In this document: positions 19,466 to 30,207 of the stretch, in pieces
Position numbering within the stretch: the first letter of the stretch is position 1
How the letters are laid out: each line of letters starts with the position of its first letter
Source: Acidobacteriota bacterium
Lineage (GTDB): Bacteria; Acidobacteriota; UBA890; WLXD01
NCBI GenBank assembly: GCA_963666055.2
Contig: CAXWPH010000010.1
Coordinates: 32,001 to 96,000, forward strand
Length of the DNA stretch: 64,000 nt
Reading direction: 5' to 3'
The notes under the pieces: model-generated
Database searches by the model: none
Seen by the model: only the letters and a program-made list of their open reading frames with translations
Told to the model about the DNA's origin: nothing
Program-made: the position numbers and the translations under genes

Positions 19466-21553
19466 CTACTCCCTCTCCCCCGCCGTCTCCGTCATCTCCG
19501 CCCGCGCCCGCTGCATCTGCTTCGGCAGCGCGTCGTCTGTCATGTAGCGCTCGAACCACTTGCGCAGGTACATCTGCGTGCGCAGGAAGTTCGAGGGCTT
19601 CGACGAGGTGCCGTGCCACTCGTCGTTGAAGCGGATCATCGCGGTCGGCACGCGCATCACCTTGAGCGCCGCGTAGAACTCCTCGGTCTGGGCGATGGGG
19701 GTGCGCAGGTCGTTGACGCCGGTCATGAGCATGGTCGGCGTGGTGACGTTGCCGACGTACATGAGGGGTGAGCGGCGCAGGTGCTCGCTGGGGTCGTCCC
19801 AGGGGAGCTCGTCGAAGTTGCGGTACCAGGAGATGCCGTCGGTGGTGCCGACGAACGACAGCCAGTTGATCACCGGGCAGTTGGAGGAGGCGGCGGCGAA
19901 GCGGTCGGTGTGGCCGACGACCCAGGCGGTGAGCACGCCACCGCCGGAGCAGCCGTAGACATACATGTTGCGCTCGTCGATGTAGCCATCGGCAATGACG
20001 GTGTCGACGCCGGCCATGAGGTCGTCGAAGTCCTTGTCGGGATAGGCGCGGTTGATGGCGTTGCCGAAGTCGGTGCCGTAGCCGGACGAGCCGCGCGGGT
20101 TGGTGTAGACGACGACGTAGCCGTTGGCGGCGTGGTTCTGCCAGCCGAAGTTGAAGCCGACGTTGTACATGCCGTGCGGACCGCCATGGATGGCGAGCAC
20201 CAGCGGGTAGCTGCGCGACGGGTCGAAATCGGGCGGCTTGATGACCCAGCCCTGGATGTCGAGATCGCCGGTCGACTTGTAGTTGAACTCCTCGACCTCG
20301 CCCAGCTGCAGGCCGGCCAGCAGGTTCTCGTTAACGTTGGTGAGGCGACGCATAGTGCCGGGGCTGTCGACGTCGAAAGTGTAGATGTCGCCGGGCTCGT
20401 GGAAGCTACTCATGGTGGCCACGGCAATGCCGGTGTCGCTGATGTTCGACACCGACAGCATGTGGTTGCCATCTGTCACCTTGACCGGCGGCTCGGAGCC
20501 GTCGGCGGGAGCGAAGTAGACATTGCGGGTGCCGTGATCGTTGGCGGTGAAGTGGATGCCGCTGCTATCGGCACGCCAGCGCAGGTTGGATGGCGAGCGA
20601 TCGAGCTCCGGCGTGACGCTGTGCACCATCGTGCCGTCGGCGCGCATGACGTAGAGCTGGCGCTCTATGTAGGTCTGATCAACGTGGTCGTTGCCGATGA
20701 ACGCCACCATAGTTCCGTCGGGCGAGACCACCGGGCCGGAGTCGGGGCCCTTGCGGTCAGTCAGTTGGGTGGTCCTGCCGGTGGCCACGTCGAGGGCGTA
20801 GATCTCGCTCTCGCGCCAGTGGTACTCGGCGTCCTCGAGCAGCAGGCCAGAGAAGTACATCGTCGCACCGTCGGGCGCCCAGACGGGCGAGCCATGGTCG
20901 TAGTCGCCGTGGGTAAGCTGTCGCACCGGGCCGCCGTGGGCGGGCACTACGAAGATGTGCTCGTAGCCGGGGTCGATGAAGCCACGGCGATCGCGCTTGT
21001 AGTTGGCACGCTCGACAATGCGCGGCGTCTCGGTCCACTCGGCACTGTCGGGACGACCCGGCAGGCTGATGGCCCAGTCGCTGTCGGCGTCAACACGAGT
21101 GCGGAAGGCGATGCGCGTGCCATCCGGCGACCAGGAGATATCGCGCGGCGTGTCGCTCGCATGCGTAATCTGACTGGCGGCACCCTCGGCGTCCATCCAG
21201 CGCACCCAGATCTGGCTGCCGCGCGGCTCACCCTCGGCGAGGTAGACGATGCGGCTGCCGTCGGGCGACCAGTTCGCCGAGTCGCCCTCGACCAACTTAC
21301 GCTTACGGGAGCCGTCGGCGTTCATGATCCACAGCTCCGACTCGCGCGCGTCGTTGACCGCGTCCATCCAGCCGCGGGTATAGACGACGTGCTGGCCATC
21401 GGGCGAGATCTGCGGCCCGCCGACGGATTGCATCTGCAGGTAGGTCTCGAGCGTCAGCTTGCTGGGCAGCACCTCCTGCGCCTCGGCGGTCCCAACGAAG
21501 GCGGCGAGCGCTGCGACTGTGGTCAGCAACACGAATCCGGGTCGACGACGCAT
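19466..21553 (-). CDS. S9 family secreted peptidase (beta-propeller plus hydrolase)
   Basis: Signal peptide, PD40-type WSPDG repeats, IHGGPH, nucleophile GCSGGG, DLRTP, EWHG; GAGGAG RBS before ATG 21553. Confidence 0.93.
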   Translation of the reverse strand: MRRRPGFVLLTTVAALAAFVGTAEAQEVLPSKLTLETYLQMQSVGGPQISPDGQHVVYTRGWMDAVNDARESELWIMNADGSRKRKLVEGDSANWSPDGSRIVYLAEGEPRGSQIWVRWMDAEGAASQITHASDTPRDISWSPDGTRIAFRTRVDADSDWAISLPGRPDSAEWTETPRIVERANYKRDRRGFIDPGYEHIFVVPAHGGPVRQLTHGDYDHGSPVWAPDGATMYFSGLLLEDAEYHWRESEIYALDVATGRTTQLTDRKGPDSGPVVSPDGTMVAFIGNDHVDQTYIERQLYVMRADGTMVHSVTPELDRSPSNLRWRADSSGIHFTANDHGTRNVYFAPADGSEPPVKVTDGNHMLSVSNISDTGIAVATMSSFHEPGDIYTFDVDSPGTMRRLTNVNENLLAGLQLGEVEEFNYKSTGDLDIQGWVIKPPDFDPSRSYPLVLAIHGGPHGMYNVGFNFGWQNHAANGYVVVYTNPRGSSGYGTDFGNAINRAYPDKDFDDLMAGVDTVIADGYIDERNMYVYGCSGGGVLTAWVVGHTDRFAAASSNCPVINWLSFVGTTDGISWYRNFDELPWDDPSEHLRRSPLMYVGNVTTPTMLMTGVNDLRTPIAQTEEFYAALKVMRVPTAMIRFNDEWHGTSSKPSNFLRTQMYLRKWFERYMTDDALPKQMQRARAEMTETAGERE

Positions 21554-21858
21554 GATGCTCCTCACTACGGGGTACAGAGACGGGGAGAACGATCGTGCCG
21601 GCGGACGGCCTCAGCGCATCCTTTAGCACGTCTGTAGGGTCGTTTCCACCGAGCCGAGACGGCGTCCCGGGCCGCGCAGGCGGCCGTGACCCGGGCGAGC
21701 CACGCACATCATGGTGGACAGGCTCCTTCCAGGTCGCTCGCCGCCCGTGCCCTCACGACGGTGCCAACGTGGTCGACTTCTGGGACCGGCGCTTCGAGTT
21801 CCTCGCCGAATACCTCGATCTGAGCGTCGACGCCAGCGGCCGCGTCGCGGTTCCCTAG

Positions 21859-22254
21859 CTAGCGCGGGCGCACCGCACCGATGTCGGTATCGGCGAAGTC
21901 ATCGCCCTTGAACAGCAGTGGTTCGCCGAGAACATGGGCAAGTGCGTAGGAGAAACAGTCGCCGTAGTTCAAGCCCGCCGGGTGATGCCCCTTGCCGAAA
22001 CGCTTGTACGCTCGGCGCGCCACGGTCGCTTGCTCCAGGTCAACGGCCCGAAGCTCGATGCCGGCTTCATCGATGAAGGCATCCAACTCATAGAGACCGT
22101 CGCTGCCGTACCTAGACTCGAAGACGATCGACACCTCGACGAAGCTGGCAACAGACAGGTACTTCGACTCCGTTGCTTCGATGGCCTCCGTGAAGGCGAG
22201 CTGCTCCGGCTCTGCTTGCAGAATCGCAAGGAGCGCGGAACTATCGATCACCAT
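21859..22254 (-). CDS. vapC: VapC PIN-domain toxin
   Basis: MVIDSSALLAIL..E..FGKGHHPAGLNYGDCFSYALA..LLFKGDDF. Confidence 0.95.
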   Translation of the reverse strand: MVIDSSALLAILQAEPEQLAFTEAIEATESKYLSVASFVEVSIVFESRYGSDGLYELDAFIDEAGIELRAVDLEQATVARRAYKRFGKGHHPAGLNYGDCFSYALAHVLGEPLLFKGDDFADTDIGAVRPR

Positions 22255-22508
22255 CAGGTGGGTAGCCCGTGCTCGTCGTAACCCAAGATCTCGTCGGCGC
22301 TTCGAGGGTCGAGGACCGGCAGCGCGGCACAGCGACGAGCGATCTCATTGAGTCTGTCGGCGAGGCTCACGCCAGTCCGCTCGCGTCGTATCCGCTCGAT
22401 TCGACTGCGGATCGCTTGTGTTACAGCCTCGGTCTTCGTCTCACCGGTGAGCTTGGCGAGCTCGGCCGCCAGGCGCTCGGTTTCCGGGTTTCGGATGTTC
22501 AGGGCCAT
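22254..22508 (-). CDS. vapB: VapB antitoxin
   Basis: MALNIRNPETERLAAELAKLTGETKTEAV..EILGYDEHGLP; translationally coupled to vapC. Confidence 0.92.
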   Translation of the reverse strand: MALNIRNPETERLAAELAKLTGETKTEAVTQAIRSRIERIRRERTGVSLADRLNEIARRCAALPVLDPRSADEILGYDEHGLPT

Positions 22509-22520
22509 GGAATTCCCTAC

Positions 22521-22540
22521 GTGTAGTAGATGAGCTACAC
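22521..22540. promoter_or_regulatory. vapBC operator (inverted repeat)
   Basis: GTGTAG-N8-CTACAC, 12 bp upstream of the vapB ATG. Confidence 0.6.
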
Positions 22541-22723
22541 AGTAACATCCGCCGGGCTCAATCATCAAACTCGTTGGACGGCCGCGTCGCATTCGAATCG
22601 GCTCTGCGGCACGCAGCGGCGGTTTAGTTGGGCCAGACCGGTTGACATGATCCTCCCACCCCGCACCATAGCCAGGTGCGCGAGCCTTCAAGTTCCAATC
22701 GCCGTCCTACGCGGGAGTCCCCA

Positions 22724-23857
22724 ATGCGTGTTTCCAGAGCCCCATTGCTCAGCGCGGCCGTCGCATCGCTGGTGGCCATCCTGACTCTGTTCAGCATCTC
22801 GCTCACTACCTCGGCTCTGGCCCAGTCGGAGACCAAGCGCTACCTCTACCTGAGCACGCCCGACGACGCGCAGCGGGTGGGGCGCGCCGATGGGGCGGGG
22901 ATTCTGATCTACGACATCGACAACGGGCACAAGCTGGTGCGGCGAATCGACATCCCGGTCTTCGAGGAAGGCCTGCGGGGTTTCGCTGCCAGCCTGATCA
23001 ACCATGCGGCGTACTACTCCACGACGCACCGGCGGGTCGGCGCCTTCGATCTGGAGAGCGAAGAGATCGTCTGGGAGCACACCTATCCGAACGGGGCCGA
23101 CCGCTCGTCGGTCACGATGGACGGCAGCAAGGTCTACGTGCCGACCGGGTGGTGGTACATCGGCCCCGACAGCGGGATGCTGGTGCTCGATGCGCGGGAC
23201 GGCAAGCTGCTGAACAAGATCGCCGACAGTCCTCGGGCACACAACAGCATTGTCAGCCTCGACGGACGGAGGCTCTATCTCGGTAGCGAGACCACGCTCA
23301 GCGTCTATGACACAGCCGACGACAAGAGGTTGATGCAGATCCAGGAAGTCGGCGAAGCCGCGATCTTCCCGTTCACGATCAACTCGGCGCAGACGATCGC
23401 CTACATCTGCCTGTTCGACCACATCGGGTTCGACGTGGTCGACCTCACCACCGGACAGGCGATCCACCGCGTGCTTGCCGACGACGGGAACATCCTTCAC
23501 CGCACCCACGGCGTGGCACTGACTCCCGATGAGACCGAGCTGTGGATCAGCGACCAGGTCGGCAACAAGCTCTTCTACTACGACGCCACCGTGATGCCTC
23601 CGGTCCAGAAAGGTCAGCTCGAGCTCACACAGGGCGGGCACGGCTGGGTCACCTTCAGCCTCGACGGCAAGTACGCCTGGACGCACACGCCGGACGTGTT
23701 CGACGTCGCCACCAAGCAGAAGATCGCGACGCTGCGCGACCAGAACGGCCGACCCGTCAGCGGCTCCAAGTACTTCGAGGTCCACTTCCGCGACGGCAAG
23801 GTGGTAACGGTGGGCAATGAGTTCGGGCTGGGCCGGAAGAACGTTCCTTCGGACTGA
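22724..23857 (+). CDS. Secreted YncE/YVTN-like beta-propeller protein
   Basis: Signal peptide ending ALA; repeats TMDGSKVYV, SLDGRRLYL, HGVALTPDETELW, FSLDGKYAW. Confidence 0.8.
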   Translation: MRVSRAPLLSAAVASLVAILTLFSISLTTSALAQSETKRYLYLSTPDDAQRVGRADGAGILIYDIDNGHKLVRRIDIPVFEEGLRGFAASLINHAAYYSTTHRRVGAFDLESEEIVWEHTYPNGADRSSVTMDGSKVYVPTGWWYIGPDSGMLVLDARDGKLLNKIADSPRAHNSIVSLDGRRLYLGSETTLSVYDTADDKRLMQIQEVGEAAIFPFTINSAQTIAYICLFDHIGFDVVDLTTGQAIHRVLADDGNILHRTHGVALTPDETELWISDQVGNKLFYYDATVMPPVQKGQLELTQGGHGWVTFSLDGKYAWTHTPDVFDVATKQKIATLRDQNGRPVSGSKYFEVHFRDGKVVTVGNEFGLGRKNVPSD

Positions 23858-23880
23858 TCGGCTGTCGATCACTGCCCTAG

Positions 23881-24151
23881 CAGGCCGTGGTGAAAGTGTG
23901 GTGGGTCTGGTTACGGCGAGTTGGGGCCAGATGCAAGGCGGCCTGACACTGGCGATGCCCTAGCCATCGTCGAGGAAGGCCAACGCTGCAAATGGCCCCA
24001 AATCGCCGTAACCCTTCGGGCGACAGGGGGTTGCGCGCGTATGCTGCGTCGTTCCTCGTCAACGATGGGGTAACCATCGCCTCCTCCTCTCTCCTTGCCT
24101 CCACCTCGCAAGACCCTGTCGCCAGACCCGCCACACTTTCACCATGGCCTG
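23881..24151 (+). mobile_element. MITE copy 1 (271 bp)
   Basis: Terminal IR CAGGCCGTGGTGAAAGTGTGGTGGGTCTGG ... CCAGACCCGCCACACTTTCACCATGGCCTG; flanks CTAG and CTTG. Confidence 0.9.
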
Positions 24152-24289
24152 CTTGCCATGGTCGGGATCTTCGATCGACCAAGGCGACCCCTTGCACATT
24201 GAGCCTCTTGGCGGTATTCCGTCGTGCGACACCGTCGCCGAGCTCGGCACGTCGCCCACAACCGCGCGCTTCGAACCGCTGGAGTGTCC

Positions 24290-27200
24290 ATGCGTTTCTC
24301 GGGTATCCCCTCCCTCAGGATCTTCGTCTCGCTGATATCGGCCCTCGTGGCCATCGCCTCCATATCCACCGTGGGAGCTGCGCCCCAGGCCGCCACGGAT
24401 GCAAACGCCATCGTCGATCCGGCTCTCTACCAGTCGCTGCGCTTCCGCTTCCTCGGCCCCTATCGCGGCGGACGCTCCGGCGCCGTCATGGGCGTGCCCG
24501 GCGAGCCGCACACCTTCTACCTGGGCGCCTCGGGCGGCCTGTACAAGACCACCAACGCCGGCGAGACCTGGAACGTCATCTCCGACGATGACTTCGAGGT
24601 GAGCACCATCGGTGCCATCGCGGTGGCGCCTTCGGACGCCAACGTCGTCTACGTGGGAACGGGTCAGAAGACGATCCGCAGCAACGTGTCGATCGGCAAG
24701 GGCATGTACCGCTCCACCGATGCCGGGCGCAGCTGGACGCACATCGGGCTGCGCGACGCCGGGCAGATCGGGCGCATCCGAGTGCACCCCGACGATCCGG
24801 ACCTGGTGTACGTGGCGGTGATCGGCAACCCGTTCGGGCGCAGCGAGACCCGTGGGGTATTCCGCTCGCGCGACGGCGGTGAGAACTGGGAGAAGGTCCT
24901 CTACTTCGACGACGACACCGGTTCGAGCGAGCTGGAGCTCGACCTGTCGAACCCGCGCAACCTGTACGCCACCGCCTGGACCGTCGAGCGGAAGCCGTGG
25001 ACGATCATCTCGGGCGGCGACGACGACGGAATCTACAAAAGCACCGATGGCGGCGACACCTGGAAGCGGCTCGCCGGTGGGCTGCCCGAGACCACGATGG
25101 GGAAGATCGGGTTGACGCTGTCGGCGTCGAACCCCGACAAGCTCTATGCGCTGGTTGAGACCGACCCCGAGGTGTCCGGGCTCTACATCTCCGATGACGC
25201 CGGCGAGACCTGGCGACTGCAGGAGACCAACGTCGGCCGCAATCTGTACGAGCGCTCCTGGTACTACACCCACATCTTCGTCGACCCGCAGAACGAAAAC
25301 CTCGTCTACGCGCTAGCCGTGGGCTTGTTCAAGTCGACCGACGGTGGGCGCACGTGGGAGCGCCGCAGTGCCCCGCACGGGGACTATCACGATCTGTGGA
25401 TCAACCCGAACGACTCCGACATCCTGGCCATCGCTGACGACGGTGGGGTGCAGGTGACGCTCGATCAGATGAACACCTGGACCACCTATCTGAACCAACC
25501 GACGGCGGAGATCTACAACATCTTCGTCGACAACCTGTTCCCCTATCACGTGTACGGGTCCCAGCAGGACAATTCCACCATCCGGCTACCGAGCCAGTTC
25601 CAGGGCGCCCTAACGCCCTACGGATACTGGCGCAGCGTCGGCGGCTGCGAATCGGCGCACATCGGCTTCGACCCCGACAACCCGGTGGAGATCTACGCCG
25701 GCTGTTACTCGGGCGAGATCAGCCGGGTGAACCTGGAGACCGGCGACCGCCAGGCGATCATGGTGTACCCGCAGATGGAGTTCGGGTTGCCGGCCTCCGA
25801 CCTGAAGTTCCGCTTCAACTGGAACGCGCCCATCCGCATGTCGCCGTACGACCAGTCGATCGTCTACCACAGCGCCCAGCGCGTCGTGCGAACGCGTGAC
25901 GGCGGCCATAGCTGGGAGGTGATCAGCCCCGACCTGACGACGAACGACCCCGAGACGCAGATTCGTTCCGGTGCGCCGATCACGTATGAGGATACTGGCG
26001 GCGAGGTCTATAACACCATCTTCGCGTTCGAGGAGTCGCTGTACGAGAAGGACCTGTTGTGGGTGGGCACCGACGACGGCAAGGTGTGGGTGTCGCGCGA
26101 CGCGGGCGGCAACTGGAGCGACATCACGCCGCCGGGCATGCCGGCTCGCGGCACGGTGAACAACATCGAGATGTCGGCGCATGATCCGGGGCGCATCTTC
26201 GTACCGGTAAAAGCCTTCATGCTCGATGACTGGCAGCCTTATGTCTTCGCCACCAGCGACTACGGGGCCAGCTGGACGCGGCTCACCACCGGCGACAACG
26301 GCATCCCAGCAGATACACCGGTGCGCATCGTGCGCGAGGACCCCGAGGTTCGCGGGCTGCTGTACGCCGGCACCGAGTTCGGCCTCTACGTGTCGTTCGA
26401 CGACGGCGCCCACTGGCAGAAGATGCAACTGAACCTGCCGCCGATTCCGATCACCGACATGCGCGTGCACCGCAACGACCTGGTGATCTCCACCCAGGGC
26501 CGCGGCATCTACATCCTCGACGACATCACACCGCTGCACCAGGCGCGCGAGGCGCATGCGGCGCTAGGGTCGGTCACCGAAGGCGCCGCACCGGCCCACC
26601 TCTTCCCTCCCCGCGAAACGGTGCAAGCGTTCACCAGCGGCCGTTCGGGGCCGGAGGCGCGAAGCGGCGAGAATCCGCCGGTTGGGGTGCAGATCTTCTA
26701 CGCGCTGCAGGCAGACGCTGCTGCGGCGGCTGAGGACGACGACGACGCGGGCGAAGCAGATCAGGACGACGCGCTGACGCTCGAGATCTTCGGGCCAAAC
26801 GGCGATCTCGTGCACACCTTCCACAGCGACCGCGATCCCGAGTCCAACCCCCGGGACATCGACTTCGCGTCGCGCGGGCAGATCCGATTGACCACCGATG
26901 CGGGCATGAACCGCTTCCTGTGGAACACGCGCTACCCGCCCATTGACCGGCCCGACGGCATGGTGGTCTACGGTCTGACGCACGGCCCGCGCACCATCCC
27001 GGGCGAGCACCGTGTGCGGCTGTCGATCGGAGATTGGAGCCAGGAGGCAACGTTCCGCATGGTCTCCAACCCGCGCGTCGATACGCCGCAGGCACACCAT
27101 GAGGAACGGCTGGAGATGGAGCTGCGCATGCGCGACGACCTGCAGGCGGTCTTCGACGCGATTCGCACCCTGTCGTCGGTGCGCGGTCAGATTGGCGACC

Positions 27201-27565
27201 GAATCGACAGCATGCGCGCCGCTGAAATCGACCTTTCCGAGATCGAAACGGCGGCCAAGTCGATCACCGAGCGCCTCGGCGAACTCGAGCTGCTGCTGTG
27301 GAACCCGCAGGTCGAAGGCTACAACGACATCCACCACTTCACTGCCGGCTACGATACCAAGGTGGCGTACCTGTACGACAAGGTGGACGCATCGGATCAC
27401 CGCCCCACCACTGGGCAGCGCCTGCGCTACGAGGAGCTACACGCCGAGCTCGAGACGCTGTTCGCGCAGCTGGAGGAGCTCTATGCCTCAGACGTCGCGA
27501 CGCTCGGCCAGATGATGCGGGCCTCCGGCGCGATGCCGGTGCAGGTACCAAAACAGCAGCGCTGA
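24290..27565 (+). CDS. Secreted VPS10/BNR-repeat protein (often annotated as glycosyl hydrolase)
   Basis: Signal peptide, RFLGPYRGGRS, many S/TxDGGxTW Asp-box repeats, C-terminal helical domain. Confidence 0.9.
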   Translation: MRFSGIPSLRIFVSLISALVAIASISTVGAAPQAATDANAIVDPALYQSLRFRFLGPYRGGRSGAVMGVPGEPHTFYLGASGGLYKTTNAGETWNVISDDDFEVSTIGAIAVAPSDANVVYVGTGQKTIRSNVSIGKGMYRSTDAGRSWTHIGLRDAGQIGRIRVHPDDPDLVYVAVIGNPFGRSETRGVFRSRDGGENWEKVLYFDDDTGSSELELDLSNPRNLYATAWTVERKPWTIISGGDDDGIYKSTDGGDTWKRLAGGLPETTMGKIGLTLSASNPDKLYALVETDPEVSGLYISDDAGETWRLQETNVGRNLYERSWYYTHIFVDPQNENLVYALAVGLFKSTDGGRTWERRSAPHGDYHDLWINPNDSDILAIADDGGVQVTLDQMNTWTTYLNQPTAEIYNIFVDNLFPYHVYGSQQDNSTIRLPSQFQGALTPYGYWRSVGGCESAHIGFDPDNPVEIYAGCYSGEISRVNLETGDRQAIMVYPQMEFGLPASDLKFRFNWNAPIRMSPYDQSIVYHSAQRVVRTRDGGHSWEVISPDLTTNDPETQIRSGAPITYEDTGGEVYNTIFAFEESLYEKDLLWVGTDDGKVWVSRDAGGNWSDITPPGMPARGTVNNIEMSAHDPGRIFVPVKAFMLDDWQPYVFATSDYGASWTRLTTGDNGIPADTPVRIVREDPEVRGLLYAGTEFGLYVSFDDGAHWQKMQLNLPPIPITDMRVHRNDLVISTQGRGIYILDDITPLHQAREAHAALGSVTEGAAPAHLFPPRETVQAFTSGRSGPEARSGENPPVGVQIFYALQADAAAAAEDDDDAGEADQDDALTLEIFGPNGDLVHTFHSDRDPESNPRDIDFASRGQIRLTTDAGMNRFLWNTRYPPIDRPDGMVVYGLTHGPRTIPGEHRVRLSIGDWSQEATFRMVSNPRVDTPQAHHEERLEMELRMRDDLQAVFDAIRTLSSVRGQIGDRIDSMRAAEIDLSEIETAAKSITERLGELELLLWNPQVEGYNDIHHFTAGYDTKVAYLYDKVDASDHRPTTGQRLRYEELHAELETLFAQLEELYASDVATLGQMMRASGAMPVQVPKQQR

Positions 27566-27731
27566 CGGCCGGGTCGCCCAACCGCATCACCGGAACGGCG
27601 CAACTACGGCCGAACCGCCCCGCTACATGTACATTCCGAGGACGTTGTTCACATCGGGGCTCAGCAAGCCCAGCATGCTATTTTAGACGCCGGAAAACCT
27701 CGCTGAACCGTGAGGGGGCAGTGCGCCAACC

Positions 27732-30188
27732 ATGAAGACAGTCGCCGCACCTGCTGCGGTCGTCGCCATCTGGCTCGCCGCTGGATGTCAGCCCGCCGGG
27801 ATTGGTGCGGCCCGCTGGCCGACAGCAAACGTGCTCTCGGCCGCGAACACGCTCGCCGTCACCCGCTGGGCCGCCACAACGCCCCCGACTCGCCCTTCGG
27901 AGCTGAACCCGGTCATCCGGCAGTATTGCGTCCGGTGCCACAACGACCAGATGCTGCGCGGCAATCTCTCGCTCGAGACGTTCGACACCGCTGCGGCGCA
28001 CGAGCACGCCGCGACGGCCGAGAAGATGATCGTCAAGCTTCGGGCCGGGATGATGCCCCCGCCCGGCGCCCGCCGGCCGGCCGCAAGTACACTCTTGACG
28101 CTCGTCGAGACGCTCGAGAACGTGGTCGACGAGGCCGCCGCGGTCAATCCGAATCCCGGCGCGCGCCGATTCCAGCGCCTCAATCGGGCCGAGTACGAGC
28201 GCGTGATTCGCGATCTTCTGGCGCTCGAGGTGGACGCTAGTCGGTGGCTTCCCGCCGATACCTACCTGGGCAACTTCGACAACATGTCGGACGCGCAGGG
28301 GCTTTCGACCACGCTGCTGGAAGCGTACCTGCGGGCCGCGACGGACGTCAGTCGCCTGGCCGTCGGCAACCCGGCGGCGCTGCCCAAGAGCGTCAAGTAC
28401 ACGAACCCGATCGAGGTCTCGCAACACGCCTGGGACCACATCGAGGGAGCCCCCTACGGGACGCGGGGCGGGATGGTCGTCACCCACGACTTCGCCGCCG
28501 ACGGGGAGTACGTCTTCTCGATCGAGACCCTGTTCGGCGACGGTGCCGGATTCGAGGATATCGATATCTCGATCGACGGCGAGGGCGTGGCTTCCCTCGG
28601 TCTGGCACACGGCGCCGCCTCGGGCCTCCCGATCCGGACGGGCCCGATCCTCGTTCGTGCTGGCCAGCGCCGGGTCTCGGCAGCGTTCGTCCGCAAGATC
28701 GAAGGTCCCTACGAGGATCGCCTGAGCCCACACGCGTGGTCCTTCGTCGGGGGCGAGGACTCTGTGGCCTGGGCCAACTACGGAATCACGGCGTTACCGC
28801 ACCTCAGCAATCTCATCATCACGGGACCTCAGCGATCCCGCGGTCTCTCGGCGACCACCAGTCGCGAGCGGATCTTCAGCTGCCGTCCGTCGTCCGCCGA
28901 ACAAGAGCGTCCGTGCGCCGAAGCGATCGTCTCGCGCCTCGCTCGGCAGGCGTACCGCCGGCCGGTAACGGAAGAGGACCTCGCCGGCCCTATGTCGTTC
29001 TATGATCGCGCCGCCGTGGAAGGGGGGTTCGAGGTCGGAGTCCGAACCGCGCTTCAGGCGGTCCTGGCGAGCCCGCTTTTCATCTTCCGCCTCGAGCGGG
29101 TACCTTCCGGCGTCCGGCCGGGGGCGAGCTATCGTTTGAACGACCTCGATCTCGCCACCCGCCTCTCGTTCTTCCTGTGGGCCACCAGCCCGGACAACGA
29201 GCTGCTCGCGCTGGCGGCGGACGGACGGCTTTCCGAGCCAGGCGTATTGGAACAGCAGGTCGAACGGATGTTGGTCGACCCGCGCTCGGAGGCGCTCGCG
29301 ACGCGCTTCGCGTCGCAGTGGCTACGTCTCCAGGACACCGAGGACAACCAGCCCGAGCCCTACCTGTATCCCGATTTTACCGGCCAGCTGCGCGACGACC
29401 TGGTGCGCGAGACACAGCTGCTCTTCGACTACCTCGTCCGCGACGACCGCAGTCTTCTCGAGCTGTTCACGGCGGACTACACATTGCTCAACGAGCGCCT
29501 GGCGCGTCACTACGGGATTCCCGGCGTGTCGGGCGACGAGTTCCGTCGTGTCACCTACCCTGACGACACGCGACGCGGCATCTTGGGCCACGGCAGCGTC
29601 CTGTTGCTGACCTCGATGTCGGCCCGCACGTCGCCGGTGCTCCGCGGCAAGTGGGTGATGGAGGTGCTCATGGGGACGCCGCCGCCCCCGCCGCCCCCCG
29701 ACATTCCGGCGTTCGAGGACACCAAGAGCGCCGCGCAGGGCCGGCAGCTGACTACACGCGAGCGGCTGGAGATCCACCGGGCCAACCCGACCTGCCACGC
29801 CTGCCACCGGTTCATGGACCCGATCGGCCTGGCGCTGGACAACTACGACGTGACGGGCCGATTGCGAATCCGCGAGAACGGCGCCCCGCTCGACACGCGG
29901 GGCACCTTTTATGACGGCACCGACGTGAGCACCCCGAGCGAGCTCGTGGACCTGCTCATGAAGCGTCCCATTCCACTGGTACGGAACTTCGCCACGAACC
30001 TACTCGCGTATGCCATGGGTCGACGCGTCGAGTATTACGATCAACCCCAGATCCGCGCCCTCGTGCGTGCAGCGGAGGCCAACGACTACCGGATGTCTTC
30101 GTTCATCCTGGGGGTCGTGAAGAGCGTTCCGTTCCGGATGATGCGATCTGCAACGGTGGTCGACCAACAGACCGAGCCAGGCAACTAG
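27732..30188 (+). CDS. DUF1592/1588/1587/1595/1585 cytochrome-c-containing protein
   Basis: CVRCH and CHACH heme motifs, RLNRAEY, LATRLSFFLW..PD, TSPVLRGKWV, DPIGLALDNYD. Confidence 0.9.
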   Translation: MKTVAAPAAVVAIWLAAGCQPAGIGAARWPTANVLSAANTLAVTRWAATTPPTRPSELNPVIRQYCVRCHNDQMLRGNLSLETFDTAAAHEHAATAEKMIVKLRAGMMPPPGARRPAASTLLTLVETLENVVDEAAAVNPNPGARRFQRLNRAEYERVIRDLLALEVDASRWLPADTYLGNFDNMSDAQGLSTTLLEAYLRAATDVSRLAVGNPAALPKSVKYTNPIEVSQHAWDHIEGAPYGTRGGMVVTHDFAADGEYVFSIETLFGDGAGFEDIDISIDGEGVASLGLAHGAASGLPIRTGPILVRAGQRRVSAAFVRKIEGPYEDRLSPHAWSFVGGEDSVAWANYGITALPHLSNLIITGPQRSRGLSATTSRERIFSCRPSSAEQERPCAEAIVSRLARQAYRRPVTEEDLAGPMSFYDRAAVEGGFEVGVRTALQAVLASPLFIFRLERVPSGVRPGASYRLNDLDLATRLSFFLWATSPDNELLALAADGRLSEPGVLEQQVERMLVDPRSEALATRFASQWLRLQDTEDNQPEPYLYPDFTGQLRDDLVRETQLLFDYLVRDDRSLLELFTADYTLLNERLARHYGIPGVSGDEFRRVTYPDDTRRGILGHGSVLLLTSMSARTSPVLRGKWVMEVLMGTPPPPPPPDIPAFEDTKSAAQGRQLTTRERLEIHRANPTCHACHRFMDPIGLALDNYDVTGRLRIRENGAPLDTRGTFYDGTDVSTPSELVDLLMKRPIPLVRNFATNLLAYAMGRRVEYYDQPQIRALVRAAEANDYRMSSFILGVVKSVPFRMMRSATVVDQQTEPGN

Positions 30189-30207
30189 AACCAGGACACT
30201 GAAAGCC

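Noticed and set aside
19781-21637. Long antisense ORFs (also 22688..23872, 24059..25273, 37466..38719, 15303..16574)
   Set aside because: Shadows of real high-GC genes on the opposite strand; no motifs.
21640-21858. Possible hydrolase C-terminal remnant (ANVVDFWDRRFEFLAEYL); similarly a propeller-like remnant at 40013-40255
   Set aside because: Too short to assign a family without a database search.
23877-24197. Recurring ORFs such as EARREEEAMVTPSLTRNDAAYARNPLSPEGLRR (also at 48527, 54493, 58412)
   Set aside because: They are translations of the MITE repeat with inconsistent starts and stops between copies; no evidence of a real protein.
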